This document shows positions 26,941 to 39,782 of a stretch of 64,000 bases of DNA, one piece after another. Made by a program: the position numbers and the translations under genes. Each line of letters begins with the position of its first letter. Position 1 is the stretch's first letter. The notes below the pieces were generated by a model, which was not told the DNA's origin, did no database searches, and was given only the letters and a program-made list of their open reading frames with translations. The DNA is from Cetorhinus maximus (taxonomy: Eukaryota): NCBI RefSeq assembly GCF_964194155.1, contig NC_135908.1:15376001-15440000 (forward strand), written 5' to 3'.

Positions 26941-29609
26941 CTAATGCTATCATTTGTTGTTTGTGGTTTACACATTACAGAAATAGGCTTTTCAGCTGAA
27001 CCAGTCTAAACTCCAAATCATCGCCCAACCCTATCAACATTTCCTTCTCTTCCTTTCTTCATGTGTTTATCTAGCTTTCCCTGAAATACATTTGCGCTAT
27101 ATTTTCCTGAGTCAACGCGCCACGTTATCTGGTAATTGTACTTGCTGCTGTTTATGCTAAAATTGGTTGTTCTGCTTGTGACATTGTAAAACGCTTTGGG
27201 CATCCAATTCATAAAAAAGGTGCCATAGAAATGCAACTTCTTTTGAGCACACCCACATACACTGTGGAGCGCAATCGTATGCTATTATCCAGCGCAACAC
27301 CACAACTCCAGCTCCAAACACAAATCAGCCAGCGGAAGATGTTAAATAGCCCAATATGGATTTTACCCAAAACAGAAAAATGTTAGTTCATTTTGAGTGT
27401 ACAAGTATTTAGATTAAATCAACAGTTCAAAAAGCTGCTAAGACTTGCAAGTCAATTTATGGAAGTTCTGATCCAAAAATAGCATTTTTGGCAGCGTAGC
27501 TTAAATCTCCTGTGAATCATCTGTACCAGTCTTATTCTGCTCGATAAGCAGACAGCCCAGTCCCAGCCAAGTTTACATGCACACTAGATATAGCCATGTA
27601 TGGATCTTTCAGTTACACAAGGCGGTTTGGTAGATAAGACTTAAAGATCCAAAACATTACCAGTTATGGTAGTACTGGCATCAAAATCTGGACCTTCAAC
27701 ATTAGCTTCGTTCTCAAACCCAGAGCAGACAAGTCTTCTGTATGCAATCTTAAAACTGTTTACTGCATTTCTGGGCAATGGAGGATGAACAATTGAAATG
27801 GAAGGAACATTCAGCATTAAAATTCCAATATAGCTGGCTAGCAGCACAGAACGAGGCCATGTGGGCCCATTGCATGTGCTGACTCTGGGCTGTAAGAGTC
27901 CAAAACTTCACCAGGCTGACGGTTAACCACCCTTGTACACCAATTAAACAAAAAAAAAAGTCAGTCTCTGCACCAGAGAGGCTCTCCCACGTGAACAGCG
28001 CGCACCAGTGCACTAGATTGAAATGTCAGCTGGCTCTATAGCAACAGAGCTCACCTTCGGAATGTACCTTCCACTCCCTTGAACTTCTCAGCTGACCTTT
28101 TCTGCAGCATGTGACTCGATCCAGCTATTGAAGTGGAAACTTACTGTGGTAGAGTGCAAAGAAGCTGTTCAGCTCTGCATCAGTATAATGCGCTTTATCA
28201 AATGAAACATTTCAAAGGCTGATGGTAAGAGCTTCCAATAAAGGGGGGGTGGGTGGGGAATACAATTAAAAGTTAATCTGAAGTTGCCTAGGCATGAGAA
28301 TTTACCAGCTTGCTGGGAAATCGAGGATCTCCAGATGCATGCATTTTGAAAATGTTTTATTTATATAATAAAAAGTCAGATATAACTTTAGATTTTAAGA
28401 AGTGGCTTTAAAAAAAAAAATAAGTGGCGTGGTTCAGGGATGGAAATACTGAGTTTAAGGCCTAGGCAGTTGAAGGACAAGGTCACCAATAGTGGAGCAA
28501 TGAAAATCTAGGAATGCACACAAGAGGCGAGAATTGCAATGCAGAGATTGTAGTGGGTGGGGGTGGGGGGAGGGGAGCGGAAGACAAGTGATTTGGAAGA
28601 TGAAAGTTTCGAAGATTGCGGTGGTGTCAAACAAAGAACCAATAGAGATCTGAAGCACAGAGGCAATGGGGGACTCTGGACAAGGGCAACAGGGTTCTGG
28701 ATGAGCTCAAGTTTAAGAAGGATACTGAAGTGATGATAGGTTTCAACATCATGTATTCTGCAAAACGAGAGTTAAGATACTGCAAAGGTGAATGTGTCAA
28801 AAAAACAAGTGAGTTTCTAGTAAGCCACATTTATAGCAAATTTGGCATGAAACTGGAGTGAAGTCACAAGAATGGGCTAGTATGCTCATTAAGACAAAGT
28901 ATTTAATTTCCCCAGTACTGATACTTCAGAGAATGAAGTCTGCGCAACTAAAATCACAAACAAAACAAACAAAACATGCTGGAATCCGATGATAATGCTA
29001 CGTCCAGTGTGAAGGGATGGTTTTAACCCAGCTCACTGGTTGGGGGGTGTGGGTGGAGAAAAAGGTACAAAGCCCACAGGATTGGGTGGAATGTTTTTTT
29101 TATTTAAAAACATGCCCAAAGACTCTTAACTGACTTCATGGAGTCTAAAAATCAGACAGGATTTAAAACATGCAGTGCACCTTATTCAGTCAGTCAGTCA
29201 GTCTTCAGAAGGTCAGACTGGGTTTAAGTTGCTCCAAAATTTTACCAGGAGGTTATTTCAGAGGCTTCGTTAAACCAAATGGAATCATTTATAGGAATGC
29301 AGATCACTGGTAACAGTCAGCTCAATCTCCCTCCATAAAGTGACCTTTAATGCTCCCTCTCGAAAGATAAAACTCCAATATTATAAATATAAAACCCCAA
29401 TCGTTGCTAAATTCCTGGCCAAAGATATTCTGCTATTAAGAGTTGTGTTTCCACAGTTACTCAGCATCCTTATTCAGGTAGCAGGTCGTGCACATATACA
29501 AGGTTAACATAAATGCCTAGACCGCTTGGCAAATTTGCCTAGATTATAGGATTTCCAGCAAGTGCAAATCTTGCTGACCAGAGTGGTAAACGAGCACTTT
29601 GCATTGTTA

Positions 29610-29844
29610 TAAAAGCAAAGAACTGCGGATGCTGGAAATCCAAAACAAAAACAGAAACACCTGGAAAAACTCAGCAGGTCTGGCAGCATCGGCAGAGAGA
29701 AGAGCACAATTGACGTTTCGAGTCCTCATGACCCTTCAACAGAACGGAAGGGTCACAAGGACCCGAAACGTCAACTGTGCTCTTCTCCGCCGATGCTGCC
29801 AGACCTGCTGAGTTTTTCCAGGTATGTCTGTTTCTGTTTTTATG
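29610..29844. mobile_element. 235-bp fold-back Penelope-derived element (PLE family 1)
   Basis: ~95-bp inverted arms and an 11-bp TSD TTGCATTGTTA (29599-29609, 29845-29855). Homologous to the termini of 50384-53372. Confidence 0.9.
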
Positions 29845-31954
29845 TTGCATTGTTAATTGGACCAACAAGAACTAAAAAGTTTAAAGCATTACAGGACAGT
29901 TCTAAACCAGTTTGTAACGGCGCAACTCAGTTTTGGCTTTTTGGATCGTTTCGGAGTTAGACCATCTGCAATGGAGGCAAGTCTCACTGCTTTCCAGGTT
30001 ACAGCAGCTTCAGGTTCCAAAGACCAGAAGCATTGGGCTTTAAAGCTGTGTGCGGACAACAGCAAATGTCCCATTGGTTCCTGGCCAAAAATAAAAATAT
30101 AAATCAGCATCGCATCTGGATGTTGGGTGTGCAGAGTTCTGCACATACATGTCAAGCTCAGTTTTTTTTGACTGGGCAGTGCATCCAAGTCTGCCAGCTG
30201 TCACAGCAATAGCAACCCGTCTGTCTCAATGAAAGAAATGCTAGCCCTGAATGGGGCATTTTGTAGCAGATCATCGAAAACAATTCAAAGGGTCAAAACT
30301 GGGTCTGGCTGGAAATCCATGTGTAGATTTAAGAGGCAGTTTTCCTGGCACCTCGTGGGGCATTAATACCAAGAGCAAAACACACCTGGTTGCTGCAGAA
30401 ATCTACCCGAGTCATTTGAGTCCACTTGGTCAAGTGGGCCAAAGTGTTTTGTGGACTCTCGCCAACGAAGTGTATTTGGAGGTGTGTATTTCACAGGGCA
30501 GTATTTACAAATATTGACATTTAATGGTGTTCTTTTCTAGTGTGATGAAAGAAAACTCTTTAGAAGGCACCCTTTACCAGCTGAGCTGCTCGTGCACCAA
30601 TCTGAGGCCACTCGGAGTTTAAGGGGGATCATCTCGGAGTACTCGCGCACGTTTCCAGCCACCAAGAATGTGCGGAGGCTGGGAAGAAAGAGACCCCCTT
30701 GACAAAATTGGAAGCAGATTTAAGCTTCCTCCAATCTCAGCAAGCTTCCATTTCAGGGAACAAGCCACTGGTGGTTAAATAGTTGATGTTGTGACAAAGT
30801 TTGTAGTTGTATAATCTTGTCCCATCACCTCCAAGTGTCCCAGGGAGGACACGTGTTATCAGGAGCAAGTATCACAGGTTACCTGTGTGCGCCCTCAGTA
30901 AGCCTCCGGTTAAAGGTTATGGATAGCCTCGGGTATGCTTTGAATAGGTGGGAAAACTAAAAACTGTGCAAGGAAAGACTGGGAGATAATTCAAAAACAG
31001 TGGTCAGCCATCAAGGTCGGTGGACTTCAGTTTAAGCAGATCTGCTCCTCCCTTGATGCTTAAGAGTCCCAAATCCCAAAATATTGTCAAAAATCAGCCA
31101 AAATATTAATAATAAATAGATCACTACTTTAAATGTTAATCATCTTATCAGATGCAGACGGGTCATATGCAAAAATCCAGTATTTACTGTTGCAACTTAC
31201 TTTAACTTTCAATGGAAAATCAAAAGTTTACGAAGTGAAATCTTTGCTTTGTGCCCCAGGCCCTCCGATTTACAATTGATCCATTGATTCAACTTTAATT
31301 CGAATCAGTCCTTCCAGGGACTGGTGTTCAACTCCCAAAGCAGGGATTGTAAGTGCTCACCCAAGGAGTTCTTTATGTAGCAGAACAGACCTGAACTAAT
31401 GCTTGATGAATTGTTTCCTGCTAGGAACAGAGGTTGGAACCTTTCCAGTTCCATACCAGCCCAAAACAAATGGATTGCTGGAATTCCTCACTTCAGTGAC
31501 ACTCGAGGTAAAACGACCCATGTTCTTTCCTTGGCCAAACCCCAAGGAGGGAAAAACATAACCTCTCCTGTACGCGAGTTAAAATTTCTCTGCTTCTTCT
31601 ACATCGTGCTATCGACTTAGAAAATGTCCCCTAGTCTAATAGAAGCCGGCTACGTACACTTGCTGTGCAGGGTCGCTCTAACCCCACATCCCTGCGAGTG
31701 TTGTTATTGGAGACGGGTCCACGTTCCCAACACTAGCCGTCAGCTCAGTCAGTCCACTCACTTGACACGTTGAAACAATTACACTCTCCAGATTACGTCG
31801 AAATGCTCTCAAGACCTAGGCGAGAGGTAGATAATCGATGGCCTTTGTGCACAGGAACTGCAGAACGGTTACAACACAGGAGGCCATTCAGCCCATCTGT
31901 CTGTGCTGGCTCTCCGAAGGAGCAATTCGCCCGTAGCCGCCACTCCGCCTTAGA

Positions 31955-32690
31955 GCCATAGAGGTCTACAGCACAGAAGGCAGCCCTTCGGCCCATCGAG
32001 TCTGCACCAGCCAAACAAGTATCTAACTATTCTAATCCCATTTTCCAGCACTAGGCCCATAGCCTTGTGTGCCATGGCATTGCAAGTGCACATCCAAATA
32101 CTTCTTAAATGTTATGAGGGTTTCTGCCTCTATCACCCTTTCAGGCAATGGGTTCCAGTTTCCCACCACCCTCTGGGTGAAAAAATTCTTCCTCACATCC
32201 CCTCTAAATCTCCTGCCCCTTACCTTAAATCTATGCCCCCTGGTTATTGATCCCCCCACCAAGGGGAAAGTTCCTTCCTGTCTACCCTATCTATGCCCCT
32301 CAATTTAAACACCTCAATCATGTCCCCCCCTCAATCTCCTCTGCTCAAGGGAAAATAACCCCGGTACATCCAATCTCTCCTCATAACTAAAACTCTCCAG
32401 CCCAGACAACATCCTAATAAATCTCCTCTGCACTCTCTCTAGTGCAATCACATCCTTCCTATAATGCGGATTCCAGAACTGCACGCAATATTCTAGCTGT
32501 GGCCTAACCAGCATTTTATACAGTTCCAGCATAACCTCCCTGCTCTTATATTCTATACCTCAGCTAATAAAAGCAAGTATCCCATATGCCTTCTTAACCA
32601 CCTTATCTACCTGTCCCACTACCTTAAGGGACCCGTGGACATGTACACCAAGGTCCATCTGACCCTCGGTACTTCCCAGGGTCCTACCAT
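31955..32690 (-). mobile_element. CR1-clade LINE 3' part, relatively young
   Basis: ORF pieces MLELYKMLVRPQLEYCVQFWNPHYRKDVIALERVQRRF and TRGHRFKVRGRRFRGDVRKNFFTQRVV. Confidence 0.9.
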
Positions 32691-32924
32691 TTTCACCATC
32701 TGCCATGGTGGGATTCGAACCCAGGACATTACCCTAGGTCTCTGGATTGTGCAGCAACAATACCACATTGCCACCGCCTTCTCTTAACCCTGCACGTTCT
32801 TCCTTTTCAGATAACAATCCCAATTCCCTCCAGTGACTGGACTCCCACATACAACAGGCATTCCAGAGCTTAGGCGTGAAAAGGAATTTCCTCATGTCCC
32901 TGCTTTTGCCGATTACCTCAAATC

Positions 32925-33015
32925 TGAAAAGTTCCAAGGAAGAGTCATATGGACTTAAAACATTAACTGTTTCTCTCTCCAAAGATGCTGCCTGACCTGA
33001 TCTTCTCCAGAGTTT
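32925..33015 (+). mobile_element. Decayed PLE family 1-like terminal remnant
   Basis: gaagagtcatatggacttaaaacattaactgtttctctctccaaagatgctgcctgacctg resembles 29746-29810. Confidence 0.55.
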
Positions 33016-33029
33016 TATTTTTAATTACC

Positions 33030-35570
33030 TTAAATCTGTGCTCTGCTCTTGATCCTTCTACCAATGGGAACAGTTTGTCCCTATCTACTCTGTTCAGGCC
33101 CCTCATTATTTTGAATACCTCTATCAAATCCCCTCTTCAAAGAGAACAGTCCCAACTTCTACAATCTTTCTACATAACTAAAATTCCTCATCCCTGGGGC
33201 CACTTATGAACCCTTTCTGCACCCTCCCTAATGCCTTCACATCCCTCTTTAAAAAAAAGTGTGATGCCCAGGACTGGAAACAATACTCCAGTTGAGGCAG
33301 AACCAGTCTTCTGTACAAGTTTAACATAACCTCCTTGCCTTTATACTCTACACCACAATTAAGAAAGCCTAGACTGTTATATGCTTTATTAACCTGACCT
33401 GCTACCTTCAATGACATACACCCAGGTCCCTTCGCTCCTGTACCCACTTTCGAGTTGTAGCCTTTATTTTGTACTGTCTCTCCACATTCTTCCTACCAAA
33501 ATGAATCACTTCACACTTCTCTGCATTCAATTTCAGCCGCTTGTCTGCCCATTCCACTAACCTGACTGTCTTTTTGAAGTTCTACACTATCCTCCTCATG
33601 ATTCACAATGCCTCTAAGTTCCATATCATCTGGAAATTTTGAAATTGTGCCTTGTACACCAAGGTCCAGGTCATTAACCTATATCAAGAAAAGAAAGTCC
33701 CTTCACTGACTTCTAGGAAACTCCACTACAAACCTTCCTCCAGTCCAAAACAGATCCATTAATCACTACCATTTCCTGTCACTCAGCCAATTTCGTATCC
33801 ATGTCTCTACTGTCCCTTTTATTCCATGAACTATAACCTTCCTCACCAGTCTGTTGTGTAACACTATCAAATGCCTTTTGGAAGTCCACATACACTACCA
33901 CAGCAGCATTATCCTCATCAAACCGCTGTTACCCTCTTCACATAACTCCAACAAGTTACTTAAACACAATTTCCCCTCAAATCAGTGCTGATTTTCCTTA
34001 ATTAACCTGCATTCGCCCAAACAACTATCAATTTTGTCCTGAATCATCATTTCTAGAGGACTCTCCACCAATGCTAAACTGGCTGGCCTGCAGTTGCTGA
34101 GCTTATCTTTACTTCCTTTATTGAAGGAGAGTGTAATATTTGAAATTCCTCCATTCTCTTAGGCTACCTGAGTCTAAGGAAGACTGGGAAATTATGGCCA
34201 GTGCCTCGAATTTCCACTCTCGCTTTCCTCAATTTCCTTAGACGCATCACATCTGGTCCTGGTGCTTTATACAGTCGGCCTATCCAACATGTCCTCCGTA
34301 CTAATTTTAAACTCTTCAAGGTGTCTGAATTAGCTCTTCTTTCACTATGACCTGCACAGCATCTTGTTCCTTGGTAAAGACAGATGCAAAGTATTCATTC
34401 ATAGGATGTGGCATCGCTAGCTAGGCCAGCATTTAATACGTCAGCAATACTCTCTGCCTCCACGTGTAAATCCCCTTTTTGGTCCCTAATCGGCCCCACT
34501 CCTTTTACCGCCCTCTCACTATTTATTCAAAACCTATAGAAGACTTTTTGATTCCCTTTTCTAGTAGCTGCCAATTTCATTTCATACTCTCTTTGCTCCT
34601 TTTATTTGCTTTTTCAATTCCACTCTAAACGTTCTATATTCCTGGCTCTTCAATTGTATTGTCCACCTGACATCTGTCATAAGCACACTTTTTCTGCTTC
34701 ATCTTAATCTCTTTTTCCTCATCCAAGGAGCTCTGGATTTGTTTGCCCCTGCCTTTCCACCTTCATGGAAACATACCTAGGCTGTACCTGAACACACACT
34801 TCTCTAAAAGCAGCCCATTGTGCAGATACCAGTTTGGCTGTCAATCTTTGACGCCAATGAATCTGGGTGAGATCCATTCTTAAACCAATGAAGTTGGATT
34901 TCCCATAATTAAATTATTCTTACTCTGGATTGCTCCTTCTTCTTTTTCATAGTCAACATAAACTCTAATGATTGTCTCCTATATGTTTGTTTACTGACAC
35001 TTGATCCACGATATTCCCAAAACCAGGTCTAGCAGTGCCTCATTTCTCATTGGCCTGGAAGCACACTGTAGAAAATTCTCATGAATTATACTCGAAACTC
35101 TTGCCCCTCTCTACTCTTTAGATGACTAAAGTACCCCTGTCTATATTCAAATAATTAAAGTCCCTCATTATAACTACTCTACAATTCTTGCACCTCATTT
35201 CTTTGCAAATTTGTTTCCCTACATCCTTCCCACTAGTTGGTGGCCTTTCAACTACACAGATCATGTAATTGCTACTTTTCATTTCCCCTTCGCTCTAATA
35301 ACCAAATAGATTCTGCCCTTGACTCCTCTGGGGCACCCTCCCTCTCCAGCACTGTAACGTTCTCCTTAATCAATACTGCCACCCCTCCCCGCTTTTGTTT
35401 CTTTCCTATCTTTCCTGAACATCTTGCATCCAGGAATATTTAATACCAGCCCTTCTTTAAGCCGGGTCACTGTTATAGTCGTATCATATTCCCACATGTC
35501 AATCTGTGCCAGTAACTCACCAATCTTATTTACTACACTCCGCGCATTCACATACATGCACTGTAACCCT
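33030..35570 (-). mobile_element. Decayed long CR1-clade LINE ORF2 (endonuclease to RT)
   Basis: MYVNARSVVNKIGEL (APE endonuclease start) at 35557, and LNLYRRLVLPQLEYCFQSW at ~33300. Confidence 0.82.
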
Positions 35571-35888
35571 CACTTTAGGCTTCTTTTCCTCTGGTACACT
35601 GAACCCACCTAAAAACTTCCTATATCCTCTTAGTCCAATCCCATCCAATATGGAACTATTCCCTTCTCTAGCACTGCCTAGTATTCCAAAGTTAGAATGT
35701 GCACCTTATTCCCCATCTCTATTTCTACAGGACAGTGCCCATCTCCCCACAAGAATATTGGCCCCAATCTAGTAGAGTACAACCCATCCCTTTATAGCTA
35801 CCCCAGACCTGGTCCCAATGCTCCAAGAATCTGAAGCCCTCTCTCCTGTACCAGGCATTGACCCTCCCATCTTCCTATTTCTGCTTGC

Positions 35889-35893
<5 letters not shown>

Positions 35894-35929
<36 letters not shown>
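35894..35929. repeat. (TG)n microsatellite
   Basis: Uninterrupted TG run. Confidence 0.95.
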
Positions 35930-35930
<1 letters not shown>

Positions 35931-36989
35931 AGCACTAAGAGTAATCCAGAGATTACTATCTTTAAAAGTCCTACTTTTTAAAAACACATACAGAGGTCAG
36001 CTAAGAGTTTAAAGCTAGTATCATGTACTTGGGAGATTAAAAACAAACTGTCACTAATTCAAGTGAGGCCTTCAGAGAAAGGGAAGGATAGTAATAGAAG
36101 CATTTTTAAGTGCGTACGTTAGAGGGCCATCTGTAGAGGCAGTCATCGAAAGAGGTCCTCTAGGGAATGACAACTCTGGCATGTTTGCTAATGAAATTCC
36201 AACAGTAGATTCTTCTCATCCCAATATTACTGTTACAATGCAGCTGCACTTACAGCTCGAGTTCAGAGACTCTTGCTGAATGTTCTGAGTGACACAGGGC
36301 CCAGTTGAAGAGGAACCTTCAAAACCTGCCCTGGAAACAACGAGAGAGTTTGCGTACAGGCGACAGTATTCCCAGATCTGTACAGCGGAACCATTCCAGA
36401 GCCCGCCGCCCTCGACACTCGCTTTTGAACAGCTCCGGACTCGATTTGCCTCAGCTACTACGAGTCAGGATTTAAAACGTGGTCTAAGGCAGTAACAAGC
36501 CGGCCAGGAAAAACACGCGGTGCAGGGTGGAGAGGTTTGTTTGCTGCCCTTTGATCAGGTAGCTGGTCTGTGCAAATACCCTGCCGTACAAGACCAATTA
36601 CGAGTTACTAACTTGCTGCAATTGAAAGTCAGAATCAAAAGCCCTTGGAGGGCGACATTAAGCATATTTGCAGCACAATGCTTTCAGGCGCTGGTTTTAA
36701 AAGTTTGCTAACATGTCCAATCAAGCCCTTGCTATGAACCAGAGCACTTAGGTCAGGCAACAATAGTTCTCCGCCATCCCTACAGACTCCTCTCACAGCA
36801 AGGGAAGGGGAAGTTGTTTAAAGATTGCAATCTAGATTTAGTTTCCATCAATTCAAATGGAAGCTAGCAACTAATCATTATTCTGACAACTTGTGTGTCC
36901 AGACTCGAATTAATTGGGATAAACACTGGAACAATTTAGACAGAGGCAGGCTTGAGATGCAAGTTTTTTTTTCCCTTTCAAAAAATGTA

Positions 36990-37355
36990 TGTGGTCTTTT
37001 TAAAAAGGCATTGACCAGGATCAGTTGGAGAATTAAAAGCGATAGGACAAAGAGTGGGGGGGGGGGGGGGGGGAGTTTTCCCAACAGCCGGAGGGATAAC
37101 CGCAGGACACAAACTCAAGGTAATTCACTCAAGAACCAGAGGGCACGTGAGAGCAGGTCACACAGCGAGTTACCACGGGGGCGAGAGCAGATTGAGAAAG
37201 GGGCAAAATTGGATAGACGCTCGGAAAGAAAACCAAACGCAGGACCGGGTGGGTAAGAGAGCAGTGGAGTGGGACCAATTGGGATAGCTTTTTCAGAACT
37301 GCCACAGGTATAATGGGCCAAATGGCCTCCTTCTGCCCTGCATAATTCTATGAAT
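36990..37355 (+). mobile_element. Decayed CR1-clade LINE 3' fragment
   Basis: Ends atgggccaaatggcctccttctgccctgcataattctatga. Confidence 0.6.
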
Positions 37356-37565
37356 TCGGAAAAAAAAAAACTGGGCTTCAACACAAGCTCTGACCCCAGA
37401 CATCATAACCATCTAGGCCACTCTCTCTCCCCCCTCCCACCACCCCAATGGAGGTGAGAAATTTAGCCCAGGAGTTTAAGCCCCACCACATCACGGAGAT
37501 ATAACTTCAGCTGTGGCAGGGACGAGACGGTATTATAGCCAGAAGCCACGAGCTGTAAAGATAGA

Positions 37566-37567
<2 letters not shown>

Positions 37568-37604
<37 letters not shown>
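37568..37604. repeat. (TG)n microsatellite
   Basis: Uninterrupted TG run. Confidence 0.95.
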
Positions 37605-37606
<2 letters not shown>

Positions 37607-38496
37607 GCTCCAGGATACTTCGGAGGGGGTTAGGGCACATTTTTCAGGTGCTTGCATGCTCCGACAAACCAACTCCCACCCCTTCTTGCCCCTCTACATG
37701 GATTTGCCCCAACAGGGCTGCAGTGAGGATGCAGGCGTCCCTCCCTTGGCCCAGGTTACCCAGGTTGGCACACTTTTGACAACCAAAACTGTGCAGCGCT
37801 TCCTAAAAGGAGGACGGGAATGCCAAACAGTGGCAAAGTAGTAATGCCCGCCGCATTCTATCTAGCAAGCCTGGGAGTGCCAGCCTCCCACACATCTGGG
37901 ATACAGAGTCTCCCCACCTCACCCCAGAAACAAACTCGGGGGGGTCTCAGAAGCTGAGGAATTAAAACTGCCCGGGACAGTCCCGGTTTAAGAGACGTTT
38001 ATCCCATGACAAAACAATTCAGGACACGAACTAAATTCTCGGCTCTGGAGAGAGAGTGTCAGAGCGTGACCCGGGGGGAAGAGAGAGAGAGAAAGAAAGC
38101 AACATGAGTCTCTGATACATGCATCTATAAATCGCAGCTTTAATTAGTAGCTGCTCAGTTAATAAACTGCACACCCCCTCAGTATTAAAGAACTTCCGTC
38201 TTAAATAGGTAAGAAATTAGGCTTTTAAACAGGGCAGGGTCAGGGAGGCAAACTCTCTCACCAGGAAATGGGAGCCCTGGAGAAAGTGGAACTTCAGAAG
38301 AATTGGACTCTTCAGGATTCTCTGCCCCCCACCTCTCCCTGGTTAGAGCTTTGGTGAAGAATATTCCAGTAGATTTTCGAGTCGAACATTAAAAAAGAAA
38401 CTTTTAGGGCCACTGCATTTAACAATGAGACGGATTAAGGGTGGAAATGGACAAGAGGGGGGCCGGCTGAAATGGACCACCTCGTTAGTTCCTTAC

Positions 38497-38550
38497 CTCT
38501 TCCTCGTTGTTGTTGTTATTATTATTGGGTTCATCACTTTTCGTACTCAT
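38497..38550 (-). CDS. RBPMS2: RBPMS2-like RNA-binding protein, coding exon 1 (MSTKSDEPNNNNNNNEEE)
   Basis: Minus strand reads gagccATG AGT ACG AAA AGT GAT GAA CCC (AAT)3(AAC)4 GAG GAA GAG|gtaagg: good Kozak context and a phase-0 donor. The EEE end joins VRTLF as in RBPMS-family proteins. The N-terminus resembles fish/amphibian RBPMS2 (Hermes) more than RBPMS. Confidence 0.9.
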
Positions 38551-39560
38551 GGCTCGGGTTCCTCCTTCAGGGGCTGGACGCTTTCTCTCGCTCGCTTACC
38601 AAGGGAGGCAAAAGGGGGGTCTCTCTGTGTCTCTGTCTCTCTCTGTCTCTCTCTCCGCAGTGCGAAAGGTCAAGAGCTGCTGCCGCCGCTAGTGCTGTCC
38701 AGGCGAAACAGTTAAGACCAGTGTCCTTGGTGAAGCTGGTGCTGGGGAAGTGGGGAAGGGCGGAATGTTGTAACCAAAAAAAAAATAAACACCATACATA
38801 TAAAAAAAAGAAATTAAAAAAAGGACTAAAGGTGTTGGGGGTGCATTTGGATGTGCTACAAGCAAGAAGTGGCTGCTTTATTCCTCCCTCCAGCCAACCA
38901 CCGCCACCCGTTGCTTTTTCCTTCCACCTCAAACCTGGTTCCACGTGTTTCGCAGTTTTAAGAAAAGGGGAGGGGGGAAATAAAGGGGGAGGAGGTGGGT
39001 GGGGGGTGCAAAAATTAAAACAAAAGCCAGCAGGGGGCTGGGAAGCTAGTTTTGGATAAGGTGGGGAGGTGGGTGGGGGGTGGTTGGTGGGTGGTTAGGG
39101 GAGGGGGGGAGAGACGATCAGCTCTGGTCCCAGCGAGGATCCTCTCCAATTTGATCATCAATTAGGGCAGAGAGCAGGATTTCAATGGAACAATGTACTC
39201 CAGCTGGGAGGCTATCCAAACTGCCTGCGTCATGGTCTCCATTGGAAACCTGGCACCAATCAGACCGCGTCCTGCACCTCTTTTTTTTAAAAACCCAAAA
39301 AAAAAAGTTAACTTTGATGTGCTTTTTTTTGCCTGAACTTTCTACCCTCCCCTCCCCTAAGCCAGGCAACTTTTTTTTTCTCAGCAGAGATGCTGCTAAA
39401 CGATTAAACCGATTGGAATCACTTCCAATGTATCTCACCTGGAATTGCAGGTTTAACTCGTTGGCTGCCGCTCTCTCCCTTTCCCCTCTCGCACATCCCA
39501 ACACACGCACCGCCTGGCATAACATGGAAACGAGGAGTGGGGGGGGGAGAATGTTGACCA
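38551..39560 (-). promoter_or_regulatory. 5' UTR / promoter region of the RBPMS2-like gene
   Basis: Transposon-free, CpG- and G-tract-rich sequence directly upstream of the start codon. The TSS cannot be determined from sequence. Confidence 0.55.
39439..39525 (-). CDS. Candidate alternative first coding exon (MLCQAVRVLGCARGERERAAANELNLQFQ)
   Basis: ATG at 39525, 29 open codons, then CAG|gtgaga, a phase-0 donor compatible with exon 2. No homology support. Confidence 0.25.
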
Positions 39561-39561
39561 C

Positions 39562-39782
39562 CCGGTGTCATCGGGTTAACCCTCGCCTTCACTCATCTCC
39601 TGGTGTCATCGGGTTAACCCTCGCCTCCACTCATCTCCCAGTGTCATCGGGTTAACCCTCGCCTCCACTCATCTCCCAGTGTCATCGGGTTAACCCTCGC
39701 CTCCACTAAACACCCGGTGTCATCGGGTTAACCCTCGCCTCCACTCATCTCCCGGTGTCATCGGGTTAACCCTCGCCTTCAC
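39562..39782. repeat. 38-bp tandem repeat, ~6 copies
   Basis: Unit CCGGTGTCATCGGGTTAACCCTCGCCTCCACTCATCTC with 38-bp period (GTGTCATC at 39565, 39603 and onward). Confidence 0.95.

Noticed and set aside
38425-39655. Plus-strand ORFs (96-195 aa) over the promoter
   Set aside because: Low-complexity translations of A/G runs with no recognisable domain.
39562-39782. CRISPR-like array or hammerhead multimer
   Set aside because: The units are contiguous with no unique spacers, there are no cas genes and the context is eukaryotic. The minus-strand CCGATGA is not followed by stem II and GAAA.
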